Below are positions 48,749-60,142 of a stretch of 64,000 bases of DNA, one piece after another (the stretch's first letter is position 1; each line of letters opens with the position of its first letter). The notes beneath the pieces are model-generated. The model did not search any database and was not told the DNA's origin. It was given only the letters and a program-made list of their open reading frames with translations. The position numbers and the translations under genes are program-made. This stretch comes from Acidobacteriota bacterium. GTDB taxonomy: Bacteria; Acidobacteriota; UBA6911. The stretch spans positions 2,353 to 66,352 of the forward strand of contig DATJPG010000072.1 in the NCBI GenBank assembly GCA_035506515.1. The letters run 5' to 3'.

Positions 48749-49519
48749 ATGTTCATGGAGCAGTTCGCATTCGATCCGCACGCAATCGCCAATTTTGTGG
48801 GCGGCGGAGGCAAAACCGTGCTGATCCATAGGCTGATGCAGGAATATTCGGCGCATGGGCATGCCTTCTGCACCACAACCACGCGGGTTCATCCGCCGGA
48901 TCCCCGGGAAGGCTTCGCAGTTATTTCCGGGGACAATCTCGACCTTTTGCGGCAAATGACGGAAAGCGTCGTGCGCAACTGTTCCGATCATCCTTTCAAA
49001 CTGATGGTGACCCGGCCGTACATAAGCCCGACGCTCCTGCGCGGTGTTCCTCCCGATTTTGACAACGCTCTGGACCGCGAACTCTTCCCTATTTTCCTGA
49101 ATGAGGCAGATGGGGCAGCAAGCTTCTCGCTGAAAATGCCGAAAGCCAGCGAACCGGTGCTGATGGAACACGCGGAGTATCTCGTTCCCGTGATCGGATT
49201 GGACTGCCTTCATGGGCCGATCGATTCGGGGACGATTTTTCGATGGGAACAATTTGTCGAGAATTTCCCCGGCTATGAAATGGGCCGCATCACGCCTCAA
49301 TTGGCAGCGGACATTCTGATGCATGCCCAAGGCGTATGCAAAGGCTGGAAGCCTGGAATGAAAATCGTTCCATTTATCAATAAGGTCGATGATCCCGGAC
49401 AGGATGCGGCTGCGATGGATTTGGCGCACAGGATTCTGCACAACGCCAATTTCCCGGTCGAGCGCGTCTTATTCGGAAGCGTGCTTCACGATAGAGTGGA
49501 ATCCATACGCGCCTGTTAA
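48749..49519 (+). CDS. YqeC-like putative selenium-dependent hydroxylase accessory protein
   Basis: FVGGGGKT, TTTTRV, NEADGA...LK.P...EPV, PVIGLD, INKVD pattern. Confidence 0.72.
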   Translation: MFMEQFAFDPHAIANFVGGGGKTVLIHRLMQEYSAHGHAFCTTTTRVHPPDPREGFAVISGDNLDLLRQMTESVVRNCSDHPFKLMVTRPYISPTLLRGVPPDFDNALDRELFPIFLNEADGAASFSLKMPKASEPVLMEHAEYLVPVIGLDCLHGPIDSGTIFRWEQFVENFPGYEMGRITPQLAADILMHAQGVCKGWKPGMKIVPFINKVDDPGQDAAAMDLAHRILHNANFPVERVLFGSVLHDRVESIRAC

Positions 49520-49523
49520 GCCC

Positions 49524-50336
49524 ATGGCCATTTCGCGACTGACAAGCAAAGACAATCCGCTGCTGAAAAGGATCCGATTGATTGCCTCGGGGTCCCGCCG
49601 TGCCCCGTCGGGATTCGCGGTTGCCGAAGGAATGCGTGTGCTGGCAGAACTGGATCCCGATACATTCCGGATTGAAGCCGTGCTCGCTTCCGAAAGCTTC
49701 GGGGCTTCCGGAAAAGAAAATGCGTTGCTGCAGCGATGGCTGGCAAACGATGTTCGCATCTGCAAAGTAGACGAAAACCTCTTCCGTTCCGTTTCCGATG
49801 TTCGAGCGCCGCAGGGAGCCATTGCTCTGGTACGTTTTCCGGAACGGACGCTGGATGCCGTGGAACCCGGGCGGAACGCGCTGGTTCTGTTTGCCTGCGG
49901 TATCCGGGATCCCGGGAATCTGGGTACCGTCATTCGCGCTGCCACTGCAGCAGGAGCTTCTTTCGTATGCACCGGAAAAGAAACGGTCTCGGCGCGAAAT
50001 CCCAAGGCAATCCGTGCAAGTGCCGGCGCTGTTTTCCGCATTCCTATTGTTGAAAGCATCGGAACGGTTGATTTTCTGGCCTATTGCCGCCGCCACTCGA
50101 TTCGGGCGTACCGAACGGACGTGATCGAGGGCTCTCCGCACACGCGCGTCGATCTGAGCGCGCCTTGCGCGATCGTGCTCGGAAACGAAGGCAGCGGTGT
50201 TCCGCAGCATGAATGGTCGGCGCTCCCCGCTATTCGCATTCCGATGGCGGCAGGGGTGGAATCACTGAATGTGGCGATTGCAGGCGCGGTCATCCTTTTC
50301 GAGGCATTGCGTCAGCGCATGAGCAACAGTCCTTAG
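49524..50336 (+). CDS. TrmH/SpoU family RNA methyltransferase
   Basis: SKDNP, EG.R, DPGNLGT..R, GNEGSG, ESLNVA. Confidence 0.92.
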   Translation: MAISRLTSKDNPLLKRIRLIASGSRRAPSGFAVAEGMRVLAELDPDTFRIEAVLASESFGASGKENALLQRWLANDVRICKVDENLFRSVSDVRAPQGAIALVRFPERTLDAVEPGRNALVLFACGIRDPGNLGTVIRAATAAGASFVCTGKETVSARNPKAIRASAGAVFRIPIVESIGTVDFLAYCRRHSIRAYRTDVIEGSPHTRVDLSAPCAIVLGNEGSGVPQHEWSALPAIRIPMAAGVESLNVAIAGAVILFEALRQRMSNSP

Positions 50337-50370
50337 CACAAAACACAAGAATGCAATTCCGGAAGTACGT

Positions 50371-51723
50371 ATGACGAAATCACTTTTTCCCGAACCGGCA
50401 GATCTTCCCGTAACCTCCGCCTCTCCGCTCGCCGAGCGCCTGCGCCCCCGCTCTCTCGACGAGATCGTCGGTCAGGAGCATCTGATCGGGCCCGGCAAGG
50501 TTTTGCGCATGATGGTCGAGCAGGATCAATTGACTTCCATCATTCTCTGGGGACCGCCGGGAACCGGGAAAACCACGCTCGCGCGCATCATGGCCAAACA
50601 GACCCGCTCCCCTTTCGTCTCCTACAGCGCCGTCCTGTCCGGCATCAAAGAAATCAAAACGGTGATGGCCGAGGCGGAATCCTATTTTAAGAAAGTCCAT
50701 GGACGCATGGTGGTGTTCGTCGACGAAATCCACCGGTTTAACAAGGCCCAGCAGGACGCTTTTCTTCCCTATGTTGAGTCGGGTGTAATCGTCCTGATCG
50801 GTGCGACGACCGAAAACCCTTCTTTCGAAGTCATCGGGCCGCTGCTTTCGCGATGCAAAGTGTATGTGCTCAATCCTCTTCGGCCTCCGGAAATACAGGA
50901 AATCCTGCGGCGCGCTCTCGGCGATAAGGAACGCGGCTTGGGGAATATCGAGGTCACAGTGCCCGATGAGGTCCTGCAGCAGCTCGCTGTCTATGCCAAC
51001 GGAGATGCCCGCATTGCCCTCAACATCTTCGAGCTGGCCATTTCGCTTGTGCTGCGGAAGAAATCGGATGCCGCGCCCGCATTGACGACGGGCGACCTGG
51101 AATCCGCGCTGCAGAAGAAGATCCTGCAGTATGACAAGGCAGGCGAAGAGCATTACAACCTGATCTCCGCCCTTCACAAATCCCTGCGCAACAGTGATCC
51201 GGACGCCTCGCTCTATTGGCTCGGGCGCATGCTCGAAAGCGGCGAGGATCCAGTGTATATCGCGCGCCGCATGGTGCGCTTCGCTTCGGAAGATGTCGGA
51301 CTCGCAGATGTCCGCGCTTTAAGTGTCGCGTTGAACGCCGTGGAGGCCGTGCGCCTTGTCGGCATGCCTGAATGCAACCTGGCGCTTGCGCAGGCCGCCG
51401 TGTACCTTTCGCTTGCGCCGAAATCCAACGCGCTGTATACGGCCTACTCCGAAGTGGCCTCCGACGTCCAGCGCACCTACAACGAACCGCCCCCATTGCA
51501 CATCCGGAACGCCCCCACAAGCCTGATGAAGGATCTTGGATATGGGGAGGGGTACCAATACGCACATAACCAGAAAGAAAAGATTGCGGACATGGAATGC
51601 CTGCCGGCATCCCTGCTGGGCCGGCAATACTACCATCCTACGGATCAAGGCATGGAACGCCGGATCCAGGAGATCCTGGCGGAAATAAAACAGCGGAAAA
51701 AGCGCAGCTCGACAAAATCCTGA
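50371..51723 (+). CDS. rarA: Replication-associated recombination protein A (RarA/MgsA)
   Basis: PLAERLRP, GPPGTGKTT, DEIHRFNKAQQD, ISALHKS.R.SD, KSN. Confidence 0.95.
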   Translation: MTKSLFPEPADLPVTSASPLAERLRPRSLDEIVGQEHLIGPGKVLRMMVEQDQLTSIILWGPPGTGKTTLARIMAKQTRSPFVSYSAVLSGIKEIKTVMAEAESYFKKVHGRMVVFVDEIHRFNKAQQDAFLPYVESGVIVLIGATTENPSFEVIGPLLSRCKVYVLNPLRPPEIQEILRRALGDKERGLGNIEVTVPDEVLQQLAVYANGDARIALNIFELAISLVLRKKSDAAPALTTGDLESALQKKILQYDKAGEEHYNLISALHKSLRNSDPDASLYWLGRMLESGEDPVYIARRMVRFASEDVGLADVRALSVALNAVEAVRLVGMPECNLALAQAAVYLSLAPKSNALYTAYSEVASDVQRTYNEPPPLHIRNAPTSLMKDLGYGEGYQYAHNQKEKIADMECLPASLLGRQYYHPTDQGMERRIQEILAEIKQRKKRSSTKS

Positions 51724-51725
51724 AT

Positions 51726-52559
51726 CTAGCTGAATTTCACGTAGTAAATCAACACGACGCCGGCCAGCAAGATGCGATAGACCACGAAAGGCACAAAGCT
51801 CTTCGTCTGAAGATAGCGCAGGAAAAACCGGATACAGAAAAAACCGGAAACTGCGGAGAACACAAATCCCACACCCATTGCATTCCAATGCACCGCTTCC
51901 ATACCCGGAACTGGATGCAATACCGCCTTAGCCAGATGATACATATGCAGCAGGCCGGCGCCGGCGATCACCGGGGTCGAGAGCAAAAAAGAAAATCGCG
52001 CCGCATCGGTGCGGGTGCTGTTTCGAAACATCGCGACGGTCATCGTAATTCCACTCCGCGATACACCCGGAATCAGAGCAATCGCCTGGCCGAAGCCGAT
52101 GCAAAGGGAGTCGGCCCAGGTGTATTGATCCAGGGTGCGATCCTGCCGGCTTCTCTTCTCCGCCCAAAAAAGAAAAAGCGCAAGAATAGCCAGCGTAAAT
52201 ACGATGATCAGGGGAGATCGCAGTTTTTGTTCGAAGAGGTCTTCAAACGCAAGACCGGCCACCAGGGCCGGCAGCGTGCCTACGATCAGATACCATGCAA
52301 GGCGACGGTCCGGATTTGCGAAAGGCTTTCCTTCCTTGATTCCGAGTAGCAATTCCCGAGCCAGACGGATCCAATCTTTCCAGAAAAACGCGATCACTGC
52401 CATCGCGGTACCGACATGAAGAGCAACATCAAACGCAATTCCTTCAGGCTTCCAACCAAGGAACCAGGGCACAAGAATCAAGTGCGCCGAACTGCTGACC
52501 GGAAGGAACTCCGTAAGACCTTGCACTATGCCCAGAATCGCCGCCGCCAAAATTTCCAT
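51726..52559 (-). CDS. uppP: Undecaprenyl-diphosphate phosphatase
   Basis: QGLTEFLPVSSSAH, PGVSRSG.T, ARFSFLLS, FVVYR. Confidence 0.95.
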   Translation of the reverse strand: MEILAAAILGIVQGLTEFLPVSSSAHLILVPWFLGWKPEGIAFDVALHVGTAMAVIAFFWKDWIRLARELLLGIKEGKPFANPDRRLAWYLIVGTLPALVAGLAFEDLFEQKLRSPLIIVFTLAILALFLFWAEKRSRQDRTLDQYTWADSLCIGFGQAIALIPGVSRSGITMTVAMFRNSTRTDAARFSFLLSTPVIAGAGLLHMYHLAKAVLHPVPGMEAVHWNAMGVGFVFSAVSGFFCIRFFLRYLQTKSFVPFVVYRILLAGVVLIYYVKFS

Positions 52560-52787
52560 TGAGCCTCCGCATCGCTGCCGATTCGTTCCTGTACAATCGG
52601 TTTTCGTAAACAGCAGCATACACGGAAAATGGGGGAATTAGAAATTCCGTTTATGCGGTTCCACATGCATGTATCTCCGGCTTGGCCGTGTTTCCCCTGC
52701 TAAATCCGATGGAAATCTGAACGCGCAGGTATTATCCTTTGCGCTTCATATGGTTTGGCCGCACTTTTAATGACGCGAGGAGAGGTC

Positions 52788-53672
52788 ATGTCGAGCCCTA
52801 AAAAGATATTGAAGCTGGGGTTGCCCAAAGGAAGCCTCCAGGAATCTACCGTGGAGTTGTTCCGCAAGGCCGGAATCCGCATCAATTCCAGCGACCGTTC
52901 CTATTTCCCCTATTGCGACGACGACGAAATCGAGGTCATGCTGATCCGTTCTCAGGAAATGGGTAAATATGTGCAGGACGGCCTTTTTGACGCGGGCATT
53001 ACCGGCCAGGATTGGATCCTGGAAACCGGCGTTCATGTAAAGCAGATTTGCGAACTCGTGTATGGAAAGTCGGGATTCAAGCCCGTACGCTGGGTTCTGG
53101 CCGTTCCCGAAGCCTCAAAAATACAGTCCGTGAAAGGCCTGCAGGGAAAAACCGTCGCCACAGAACTTGTCAACTATGTCAAGAAATACCTCGCGAAGCG
53201 GGGAGTCAAAGCCAAAGTGGAATATTCCTGGGGCGCAACCGAGGCTAAGGCGGGCATCCTTGTGGATGCCATCGTCGAGCTTACCGAAACGGGCCGATCT
53301 CTCAAGGCAAACCAGCTCCGCATCGTGGAGGATGTTCTCTCGTCGACAACACGGTTCATCGCCAACAAAAATTCCTGGAACGATTCCTGGAAGCGCCAAA
53401 AAATGGAAAACATCGCCATTCTCCTCAAAGGAGCACTTGCGGCCGAAGGGATGGTCGGGCTCAAGATGAACTTGAAGGAAGTCGACATGCCCAAAATCAT
53501 GAACATCCTTCCCTCGCTGAAGCAGCCGACGATCAGCCCCTTGACGGTTCCGGGGTGGATGGCGCTCGAAGTCGTGGTGGAGGAGAAGGTGGTGAAACGG
53601 ATGATTCCCGACCTGAAAAGAGCGGGAGCCCAGGGAATCATCGAATACCCGCTGAATAAATTGATCCTCTGA
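52788..53672 (+). CDS. hisG: ATP phosphoribosyltransferase, long form
   Basis: [30 protein letters not shown]-terminal ACT-like PSL..PTI...GA.GI. Confidence 0.93.
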   Translation: MSSPKKILKLGLPKGSLQESTVELFRKAGIRINSSDRSYFPYCDDDEIEVMLIRSQEMGKYVQDGLFDAGITGQDWILETGVHVKQICELVYGKSGFKPVRWVLAVPEASKIQSVKGLQGKTVATELVNYVKKYLAKRGVKAKVEYSWGATEAKAGILVDAIVELTETGRSLKANQLRIVEDVLSSTTRFIANKNSWNDSWKRQKMENIAILLKGALAAEGMVGLKMNLKEVDMPKIMNILPSLKQPTISPLTVPGWMALEVVVEEKVVKRMIPDLKRAGAQGIIEYPLNKLIL

Positions 53673-53698
53673 GCACCCTGGGATTGCCTGCCCGCATG

Positions 53699-53974
53699 TC
53701 AGCTGATTGCGACCGCCCAGGGACGGATTTCCCATTTTTCGACCAGGCCATTTTGCACGTATGGATCTCTCTGAATAAACGCTTCGATGATCCCGGGACC
53801 TTCGCATCGAAATACGAGAACGGCCTTGTCGACCGGGTCCGCCAATGCTCCGCCGAGGACCAGCTCACCGCGGTCGCGGGCTTCCTGCGCTAGCCGAAGG
53901 TGGACGTCCCGAAAGGGTGCTCTCCGGCTTACATAGTCCTCCACCACATGATAAATCAGAAGATAGTACGGCAT
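53699..53974 (-). CDS. YciI-like protein
   Basis: R..H L...RGELVLGGAL...DPYV.NGLV pattern. Confidence 0.8.
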   Translation of the reverse strand: MPYYLLIYHVVEDYVSRRAPFRDVHLRLAQEARDRGELVLGGALADPVDKAVLVFRCEGPGIIEAFIQRDPYVQNGLVEKWEIRPWAVAIS

Positions 53975-54137
53975 CGTGCATCCTCTCTTTCTTTATCAAA
54001 GACAGCGAAACTTCGCATCACGCACACCCGGTCTTTATTTGTAGATTGTGTTGTCGGGGGGCGGTTTTTCGTTCGGTTTCCGTTGAATTTGGCTAATGCG
54101 TGCGATACTTTAAGACGTCCGCAAATTACAACCATTT

Positions 54138-55694
54138 TTGACCTGGAGCAAGCCCATTTACCGCGAAAACATCCTGATACTTGATTTTGGCTCCCAATAT
54201 ACCCAGCTGATCGGACGTCGCGTCCGAGAGCTGTCCGTATACTGCGAGATCGTGCCATTTTACGCAGCCATGGATAAGATCCAGGCCTCCCACCCTTGCG
54301 GCATCATCCTGTCGGGCAGCCCCGACTCTGTTTGCCGTCAGGGCAGCCCCGGTCTTCCTCCCGAGTTTTTCAATCTCGGTCTGCCTACGCTCGGAATTTG
54401 CTACGGCCTGCAATTGATCTCACACAGCCTTGGCGGCCGTGTGATCCCCGGCGGAGATCGACGAGAGTTTGGCAAGGCGCAGGTGAATGTCCTGATGCCG
54501 GACATGCTTTGGGATGCAGTCCCGGCGCAATTCCAGGGGTGGATGAGTCACGGCGACCGGGTGGATGCGCTTCCGCAGGGATTCAAGGTTTTGGCCCAGT
54601 CCGGCACCATGATTGCCGCCGCCGCCGATCCGGCGAGAATGATCTGGGGATTGCAGTTTCACCCCGAGGTCGTGCATACCCATCACGGGACCAAAATCAT
54701 CGAAAACTTCCTAACCTACGCCTGTCACTGCAAGCGCGACTGGACCATGTCCGCATTTATCGAATCCACCGTGCAGGCGATCGCCGCCCAGGTTGGGAAT
54801 GAGCGTGCCATCTGCGGGCTCAGCGGGGGCGTGGACTCCACCGTCGCCGCGCTTCTGGTGCACAAGGCGATCGGGGACCGTCTCACATGCGTTTTCGTGG
54901 ACAACGGGCTATTGCGCAAAAATGAATTCCAATCAGTACTGACCAATTTCCTTGGCCGCCTGCATCTCAAAGTGATCGGGGTCGATGCCCGCCAGCGCTT
55001 TCTCTCGCGATTGCGCGACGTCGAAGATCCGGAGCAAAAGCGCAAGATCATCGGGGAGGAATTCATCCGGGTATTTGAAGAACAGGCGCGCCAGCTGGGG
55101 AATCCGTCGTTTCTCGTTCAGGGAACGCTGTATCCGGATGTCATCGAATCCACGTCGGTCCGCGGTCCGTCGGCCGTCATCAAGTCACACCACAACGTGG
55201 GTGGGCTGCCGGAAGATATGAAGCTGAGCCTGGTCGAGCCGCTGCGCGAGCTCTTTAAAGACGAGGTGCGCAAGGTTGGCGAAGAGCTCGGAGTGGAACC
55301 GCAATTTGTCTATCGCCAACCCTTCCCCGGACCCGGGCTCGCGGTCCGAATTCTCGGAGCCATCACGGAAGAGCGCCTGGCGCTACTCCGGGAAGCCGAC
55401 GCGATCGTCCAGGAGGAAATCGACAACGCAAATCTGATCCGCGAGGTGTGGCAGGCTTTTGTCGTCCTGCTTCCCATCCGCAGTGTGGGAGTCATGGGGG
55501 ACGATCGGACCTATGAAAATGTTGCCGCCCTGAGAATCGTCACCAGCATGGACGGCATGACCGCCGATTGGGCCAAAATCCCATACGCGGTTCTCGAAAA
55601 AATTTCGACGCGCATCGTCAATGAGGTGCGCGGCATCAACCGGGTGGTTTACGATATCACGTCCAAGCCCCCCGGAACGATCGAGTGGGAGTGA
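54138..55694 (+). CDS. guaA: GMP synthase (glutamine-hydrolysing)
   Basis: [51 protein letters not shown]. Confidence 0.97.
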   Translation: MTWSKPIYRENILILDFGSQYTQLIGRRVRELSVYCEIVPFYAAMDKIQASHPCGIILSGSPDSVCRQGSPGLPPEFFNLGLPTLGICYGLQLISHSLGGRVIPGGDRREFGKAQVNVLMPDMLWDAVPAQFQGWMSHGDRVDALPQGFKVLAQSGTMIAAAADPARMIWGLQFHPEVVHTHHGTKIIENFLTYACHCKRDWTMSAFIESTVQAIAAQVGNERAICGLSGGVDSTVAALLVHKAIGDRLTCVFVDNGLLRKNEFQSVLTNFLGRLHLKVIGVDARQRFLSRLRDVEDPEQKRKIIGEEFIRVFEEQARQLGNPSFLVQGTLYPDVIESTSVRGPSAVIKSHHNVGGLPEDMKLSLVEPLRELFKDEVRKVGEELGVEPQFVYRQPFPGPGLAVRILGAITEERLALLREADAIVQEEIDNANLIREVWQAFVVLLPIRSVGVMGDDRTYENVAALRIVTSMDGMTADWAKIPYAVLEKISTRIVNEVRGINRVVYDITSKPPGTIEWE

Positions 55695-55697
55695 TCC

Positions 55698-58600
55698 GTG
55701 CCGGAAAAATTGCCTTTCGTTCACCTGCACAACCATTCCGACTACAGCCTCCTCGACGGCGCTTCCAAAATTGAAAGCCTTGTGGACACGGCCTTAGCCA
55801 TGGGGATGCCGTCCCTTGCACTGACGGATCATGGAAACCTTTTTGGCGCCATCCAGTTTTACAATATCGCTCGCAAAAAAGGGCTGAAGCCCATCATCGG
55901 CTGCGAGATTTATGTGGCCAAGGAAAGCCGCCATAAAAAGACCGGCGGCGGAGACCAATCGAATCACCTGGTCCTGCTCGCCGAAAACTTGGATGGGTAT
56001 CACAATCTCAGCCGTCTCGTGTCCTACGGGTATCTGGAGGGTTTTTATTACAAACCGCGCATCGACAAGGAGCTTCTGTCACAGTACAGCAAAGGCCTGA
56101 TCGCGCTTTCGGCATGCCTGAAGGGTGCGGTGCCCCAAAAGCTGGCCATGGAGCAGCCGGACGCGGCACTGGCGGAAGCCCAGGAGCTTCGGGATATTTT
56201 CGGCCCCGAGAACTTTTATCTCGAACTGCAGGACCACAATCTACAGGCACAGAAGCGCATCAATCCGGCCATCATTGAGATGGCCCGAAAAACAGGCATC
56301 TCGCTGGTCTGCACGAACGACTCGCATTACCTTCGCCGTGAGGACAGCGTTGCCCACGACGTCCTGTTGTGCATCGGCACGGGAAAAGTGGTCGCACAAC
56401 CGGACCGCATGCGGTATGAAACGGACCAGTTTTATTTTAAGTCCCCGGAAGAGATGCAGCAGCTCTGGGGGCCGATTCCCGAATCGATGCAGAATACGGT
56501 TCTCATTGCCGAACGATGCAATCTACAAATCGAGACGACACAGCCGTTGCCGCCGTTTGAGGTTCCTCCCGGATTCACGGCGGACAGCTATTTCGAGAAG
56601 ACCGTGCGTTCCGGATTCGAGGAAAGGCGCATCCACCTTCAGGCTCTTTATGACTCCGGGCAGCTGAAATACCCGCTGTCTGCCTATGACGAGCGCCTGT
56701 CGTTCGAAATCGCGATGATTCAGCGCATGCATTTTTCGAGCTATTTCCTGATTGTCTGGGACCTGATCAAGCATGCCAGAGACCTTTCGATCCCGGTCGG
56801 TCCGGGCCGGGGATCCGTCGTAGGAAGCCTGGTCGCCTACAGCATGCGTATCACCGATATCGATCCTCTGCAGTATGAGCTCTTTTTCGAGCGCTTCCTG
56901 AATCCCGAACGCATCGCCCCGCCCGATATCGACATGGATTTCTGCATGAATCGGCGTGCGGAAGTCATCGAGTATGTCGCCAGGAAATACGGGAGAGACA
57001 ATGTCTGCCAGATCATCACATTCGGAACGATGGCGGCCCGAGGAGTAATCCGCGACGTGGGCAGGAGCCTCGACATTCCTTATGGCGACGTCGATCGCAT
57101 CGCCAAACTCATCCCGGAAGAGCTGAACGCAACCATCAGCAAAGCCCTGGACCAGGAGCCTCGTCTCACCGAGGAAATGAAAAATCCCCAGGTCGCCAAT
57201 CTGATCGAGATCGCCCGGAGGCTCGAAGGTCTCTCGCGCCACTCCTCGACGCATGCGGCCGGAGTCGTGATCGCGCCCAAACCGCTCGTCGAGCTTGTCC
57301 CGCTGCAGAAGACGAACAAGGAAGAAATCACCACCCAGTACAGTATGAAGGATCTTGAGGCGATCGGCCTTCTCAAGATGGATTTCCTTGCGCTGACGAC
57401 GCTCACGGTGATCGACAGTGCAGTGCGTCGCATTCGCGAAGAAATGCAGATTGACCTCGACCTGTCGGCGATTCCTCTCACGGATCCGCAGGTGTTCGAA
57501 CTTTTTTCGGAAGGCAAGACGAACGGGATATTCCAGTTTGAAAGCGGCGGCATGAAAGCCGAGCTGCGTCGATTGAAGCCGGAACGGTTCGAGGACCTGA
57601 TCGCCTTGAACGCACTGTACCGCCCCGGCCCCATGGACATGATCCCGGATTTCATCAAGCGCAAGCAGGGCAGCATCGAAGTGCGCTACCCGCATCCCGT
57701 CCTCGAGGAGATACTCAAAGAAACCTACGGCGTCATCGTGTATCAGGAACAGGTGATGCAGATCGCCAGCAAAATGGCCGGATTCTCCCTTGGAGAGGCG
57801 GACATTCTGCGCAAGGCGATGGGCAAGAAGCAGGCCTCCGTGATGCTTTCCATGCGCGACAAATTTATCGAGGGGGCGCGCAAAAATAAAATCGCCGACA
57901 AGGCGGCGATGCAGGTCTTCGACCTCATGGAGCAGTTCGCGCAGTACGGGTTCAACAAATCCCACAGCACGGCCTATGCCCTGCTCGCCTATCAGACGGC
58001 ATACCTGAAAGTCCATTACCCGGTCCAGTTCATGGCGGCCCTGCTGTCGAGCGAAATCGGCAATACGGAAAAAATCGTGATGTATATTGCCGAATGCAAG
58101 GACATGGGAATTCCCGTGCTGCCTCCCGATATCAACGAGAGCATGCTCCATTTCCACTCTGTCGGAGGCAGCATTCGTTTCGGCATGCTGGCGATCCGGA
58201 ACGTCGGGGAAGGCGCCATTCAATCCATCCTGCAGTTCCGCAATCAACAGGGGCGTTTTCGAACTCTGTTTCAGTTCTGCGAGGAAGTGGAATCCAGGAC
58301 GCTCAACAAACGCGTGCTGGAAAGCCTGGTGAAGAGCGGCGCGCTCGATTCGCTCGGCTGGAGACGATCGCAGTGTATGGCAATGATCGATGTGGCCATA
58401 GAGTACGGGCAAAAAGCCCGGCGAGATCGCGAGAGCGGCCAGAGGGGGCTCTTTGCGAGCTTTTCGGCGGGACAGGCAGCCATCCCTGAGCCCCCGCCTC
58501 CCGATCTGCCCGAATGGCCTCTCGAAGAGCGCCTGGCGCTCGAGAAAGAAACGCTGGGCTTTTACGTTTCGGGGCATCCACTGGACCGGTTCGCCGCCGA

Positions 58601-59159
58601 GGTTTCCCGCTTCAGCAAAAAGAGCATCGCGGAACTGATCGGTGACTCCAAAACGGTCGACTGCAAAGTCGCCGGCATTATTACCGACCTTCGCCAGCGG
58701 CGAACAAAAAAGGGAGATTTGATGGCTGTCTTTTCTTTGGAAGATCTTTCGGGAGCCGTTGAAACCGTAGTCTTCCCCAACTCGTACCCCAAATTTGAAC
58801 CTTTCATGACGGCTGACTTCCCCATTCTGGTTTCGGGAAGACTCGAAGCCGAAAACGAGAAAAGCTGTAAGATCATCGCCGCCGAATTTCAGCCGCTATC
58901 GGGCATTGCGGAGCGAAGCGCAAAAACATTGCGCATCCGTGCCTGCATTTCCAGCCTTTCTCCCGAATCCGCCCTCTCGCTCCACCGGCTCCTGGATGGC
59001 AATCGTGGAGAAACCGGAGTGGATCTGGAGCTGTATGATCCATCCGTATTCCGTGTTAACATCCAATCGTCTGATTTTGTGAAGGTGAAGTCGAGCACTG
59101 AGCTAATCCGGCAGATCGAGAGCATTTGCGGCCCCGGATCCGTTCAGGTCGTCAATTAG
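55698..59159 (+). CDS. dnaE: DNA polymerase III alpha subunit
   Basis: PHP HLHNHSDYSLLDG, GPGRGS, PDIDMD, KMDFL, YGFNKSH, OB domain; normal length, no intein seen. Confidence 0.97.
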   Translation: MPEKLPFVHLHNHSDYSLLDGASKIESLVDTALAMGMPSLALTDHGNLFGAIQFYNIARKKGLKPIIGCEIYVAKESRHKKTGGGDQSNHLVLLAENLDGYHNLSRLVSYGYLEGFYYKPRIDKELLSQYSKGLIALSACLKGAVPQKLAMEQPDAALAEAQELRDIFGPENFYLELQDHNLQAQKRINPAIIEMARKTGISLVCTNDSHYLRREDSVAHDVLLCIGTGKVVAQPDRMRYETDQFYFKSPEEMQQLWGPIPESMQNTVLIAERCNLQIETTQPLPPFEVPPGFTADSYFEKTVRSGFEERRIHLQALYDSGQLKYPLSAYDERLSFEIAMIQRMHFSSYFLIVWDLIKHARDLSIPVGPGRGSVVGSLVAYSMRITDIDPLQYELFFERFLNPERIAPPDIDMDFCMNRRAEVIEYVARKYGRDNVCQIITFGTMAARGVIRDVGRSLDIPYGDVDRIAKLIPEELNATISKALDQEPRLTEEMKNPQVANLIEIARRLEGLSRHSSTHAAGVVIAPKPLVELVPLQKTNKEEITTQYSMKDLEAIGLLKMDFLALTTLTVIDSAVRRIREEMQIDLDLSAIPLTDPQVFELFSEGKTNGIFQFESGGMKAELRRLKPERFEDLIALNALYRPGPMDMIPDFIKRKQGSIEVRYPHPVLEEILKETYGVIVYQEQVMQIASKMAGFSLGEADILRKAMGKKQASVMLSMRDKFIEGARKNKIADKAAMQVFDLMEQFAQYGFNKSHSTAYALLAYQTAYLKVHYPVQFMAALLSSEIGNTEKIVMYIAECKDMGIPVLPPDINESMLHFHSVGGSIRFGMLAIRNVGEGAIQSILQFRNQQGRFRTLFQFCEEVESRTLNKRVLESLVKSGALDSLGWRRSQCMAMIDVAIEYGQKARRDRESGQRGLFASFSAGQAAIPEPPPPDLPEWPLEERLALEKETLGFYVSGHPLDRFAAEVSRFSKKSIAELIGDSKTVDCKVAGIITDLRQRRTKKGDLMAVFSLEDLSGAVETVVFPNSYPKFEPFMTADFPILVSGRLEAENEKSCKIIAAEFQPLSGIAERSAKTLRIRACISSLSPESALSLHRLLDGNRGETGVDLELYDPSVFRVNIQSSDFVKVKSSTELIRQIESICGPGSVQVVN

Positions 59160-59236
59160 ACACCGTCGCCGAGCGTGCGCTGGCCCGGAAGCGACGAAAC
59201 GTGCTCGCCTTGAGGATCACCGTGGAGGACAGGGGT

Positions 59237-60142
59237 ATGGCGCCCACCGAATTGACGGAAGACGAAATCGAGCAGTTGCGGGCGGAAATAGAACAGCTTC
59301 GCAAGGATAATGCGAGTCTCGCCTACAAGAGAACGCTCATGGCGCGCCACGATGCGCGCCCCTACACGCTGGATTATGTGCAGCGGCTCTTCCAGGATTT
59401 CTCAGAAATTCACGGCGATCGCCGTTTTGGCGACGATCCGGCCATCGTCACAGGGATGGCGGTTTATCACGGCACTCCCGTCATGGTCGTGGGACACCAG
59501 AAAGGCCGAGATCTGAAACAGAGGCAGATCAGAAATTTCGGGTGCGCGCAGCCCGAGGGGTATCGGAAAGCGATGCGTGCCATGAAACTCGCGGATAAAT
59601 TCTCGCGTCCGATCATTTGCTTTGTGGACACGCCGGGCGCCTATCCGGGAGTCGGCGCCGAAGAGCGCGGACAGGCGGAGGCGATTGCCTTCAATCTACG
59701 CGAAATGGCCAAACTAGAGGTTCCGGTGGTAGTGTGCGTTATCGGCGAAGGCGGCAGCGGCGGAGCTCTCGGCATTGCCGTCGGAAACGCTATTCTGATG
59801 CAGGAAAATGCAATCTACACGGTCATCACACCGGAAGGCTGCTCCGCCATCCTGTGGAAAGACCAGTCGCATGTCGAAGTAGCAGCAACCGCCTTGAAAA
59901 TCACGGCAGCCGATCTCAAAAAGCTCGGGGTCATCGACGAAATCGTGCCCGAGCCCGCAGGAGGGGCGCACCTGGACCACGATGCGGCGGCGGATCTGCT
60001 GGACAAACAGCTGAGACCCTGCCTGGAATCCCTGTTGCATATATCGCCGCCCGAGTTGCGCCGGCAGCGGTATCAGAAATTCCGGCAATTGGGGGCCATT
60101 GCGCTCAGTCGTGAAGGCTCTGAAGCTGGGTCCGATAGATAA
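59237..60142 (+). CDS. accA: Acetyl-CoA carboxylase carboxyltransferase alpha
   Basis: HGDRRFGDD, GHQKGRD, PEGYRKA.R, DTPGAYPG, GEGGSGGA. Confidence 0.96.
   Translation: MAPTELTEDEIEQLRAEIEQLRKDNASLAYKRTLMARHDARPYTLDYVQRLFQDFSEIHGDRRFGDDPAIVTGMAVYHGTPVMVVGHQKGRDLKQRQIRNFGCAQPEGYRKAMRAMKLADKFSRPIICFVDTPGAYPGVGAEERGQAEAIAFNLREMAKLEVPVVVCVIGEGGSGGALGIAVGNAILMQENAIYTVITPEGCSAILWKDQSHVEVAATALKITAADLKKLGVIDEIVPEPAGGAHLDHDAAADLLDKQLRPCLESLLHISPPELRRQRYQKFRQLGAIALSREGSEAGSDR

Noticed and set aside
52560-52787. His-leader attenuator or T-box before hisG
   Set aside because: No His-codon-rich leader peptide or T-box motif seen.
54138-55700. Island integrated at guaA (a known hotspot)
   Set aside because: dnaE follows 3 nt after the stop, and there is no duplicated guaA end.
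56523-58577. 684-aa antisense ORF
   Set aside because: Shadow of dnaE on the opposite strand, as expected from codon bias in GC-rich genes. The same applies to the other long overlapping ORFs in the track (e.g. 9360-10214, 35057-35791, 43480-44298).
55698-59159. Intein in dnaE
   Set aside because: Normal length (1153 aa) with continuous motifs.
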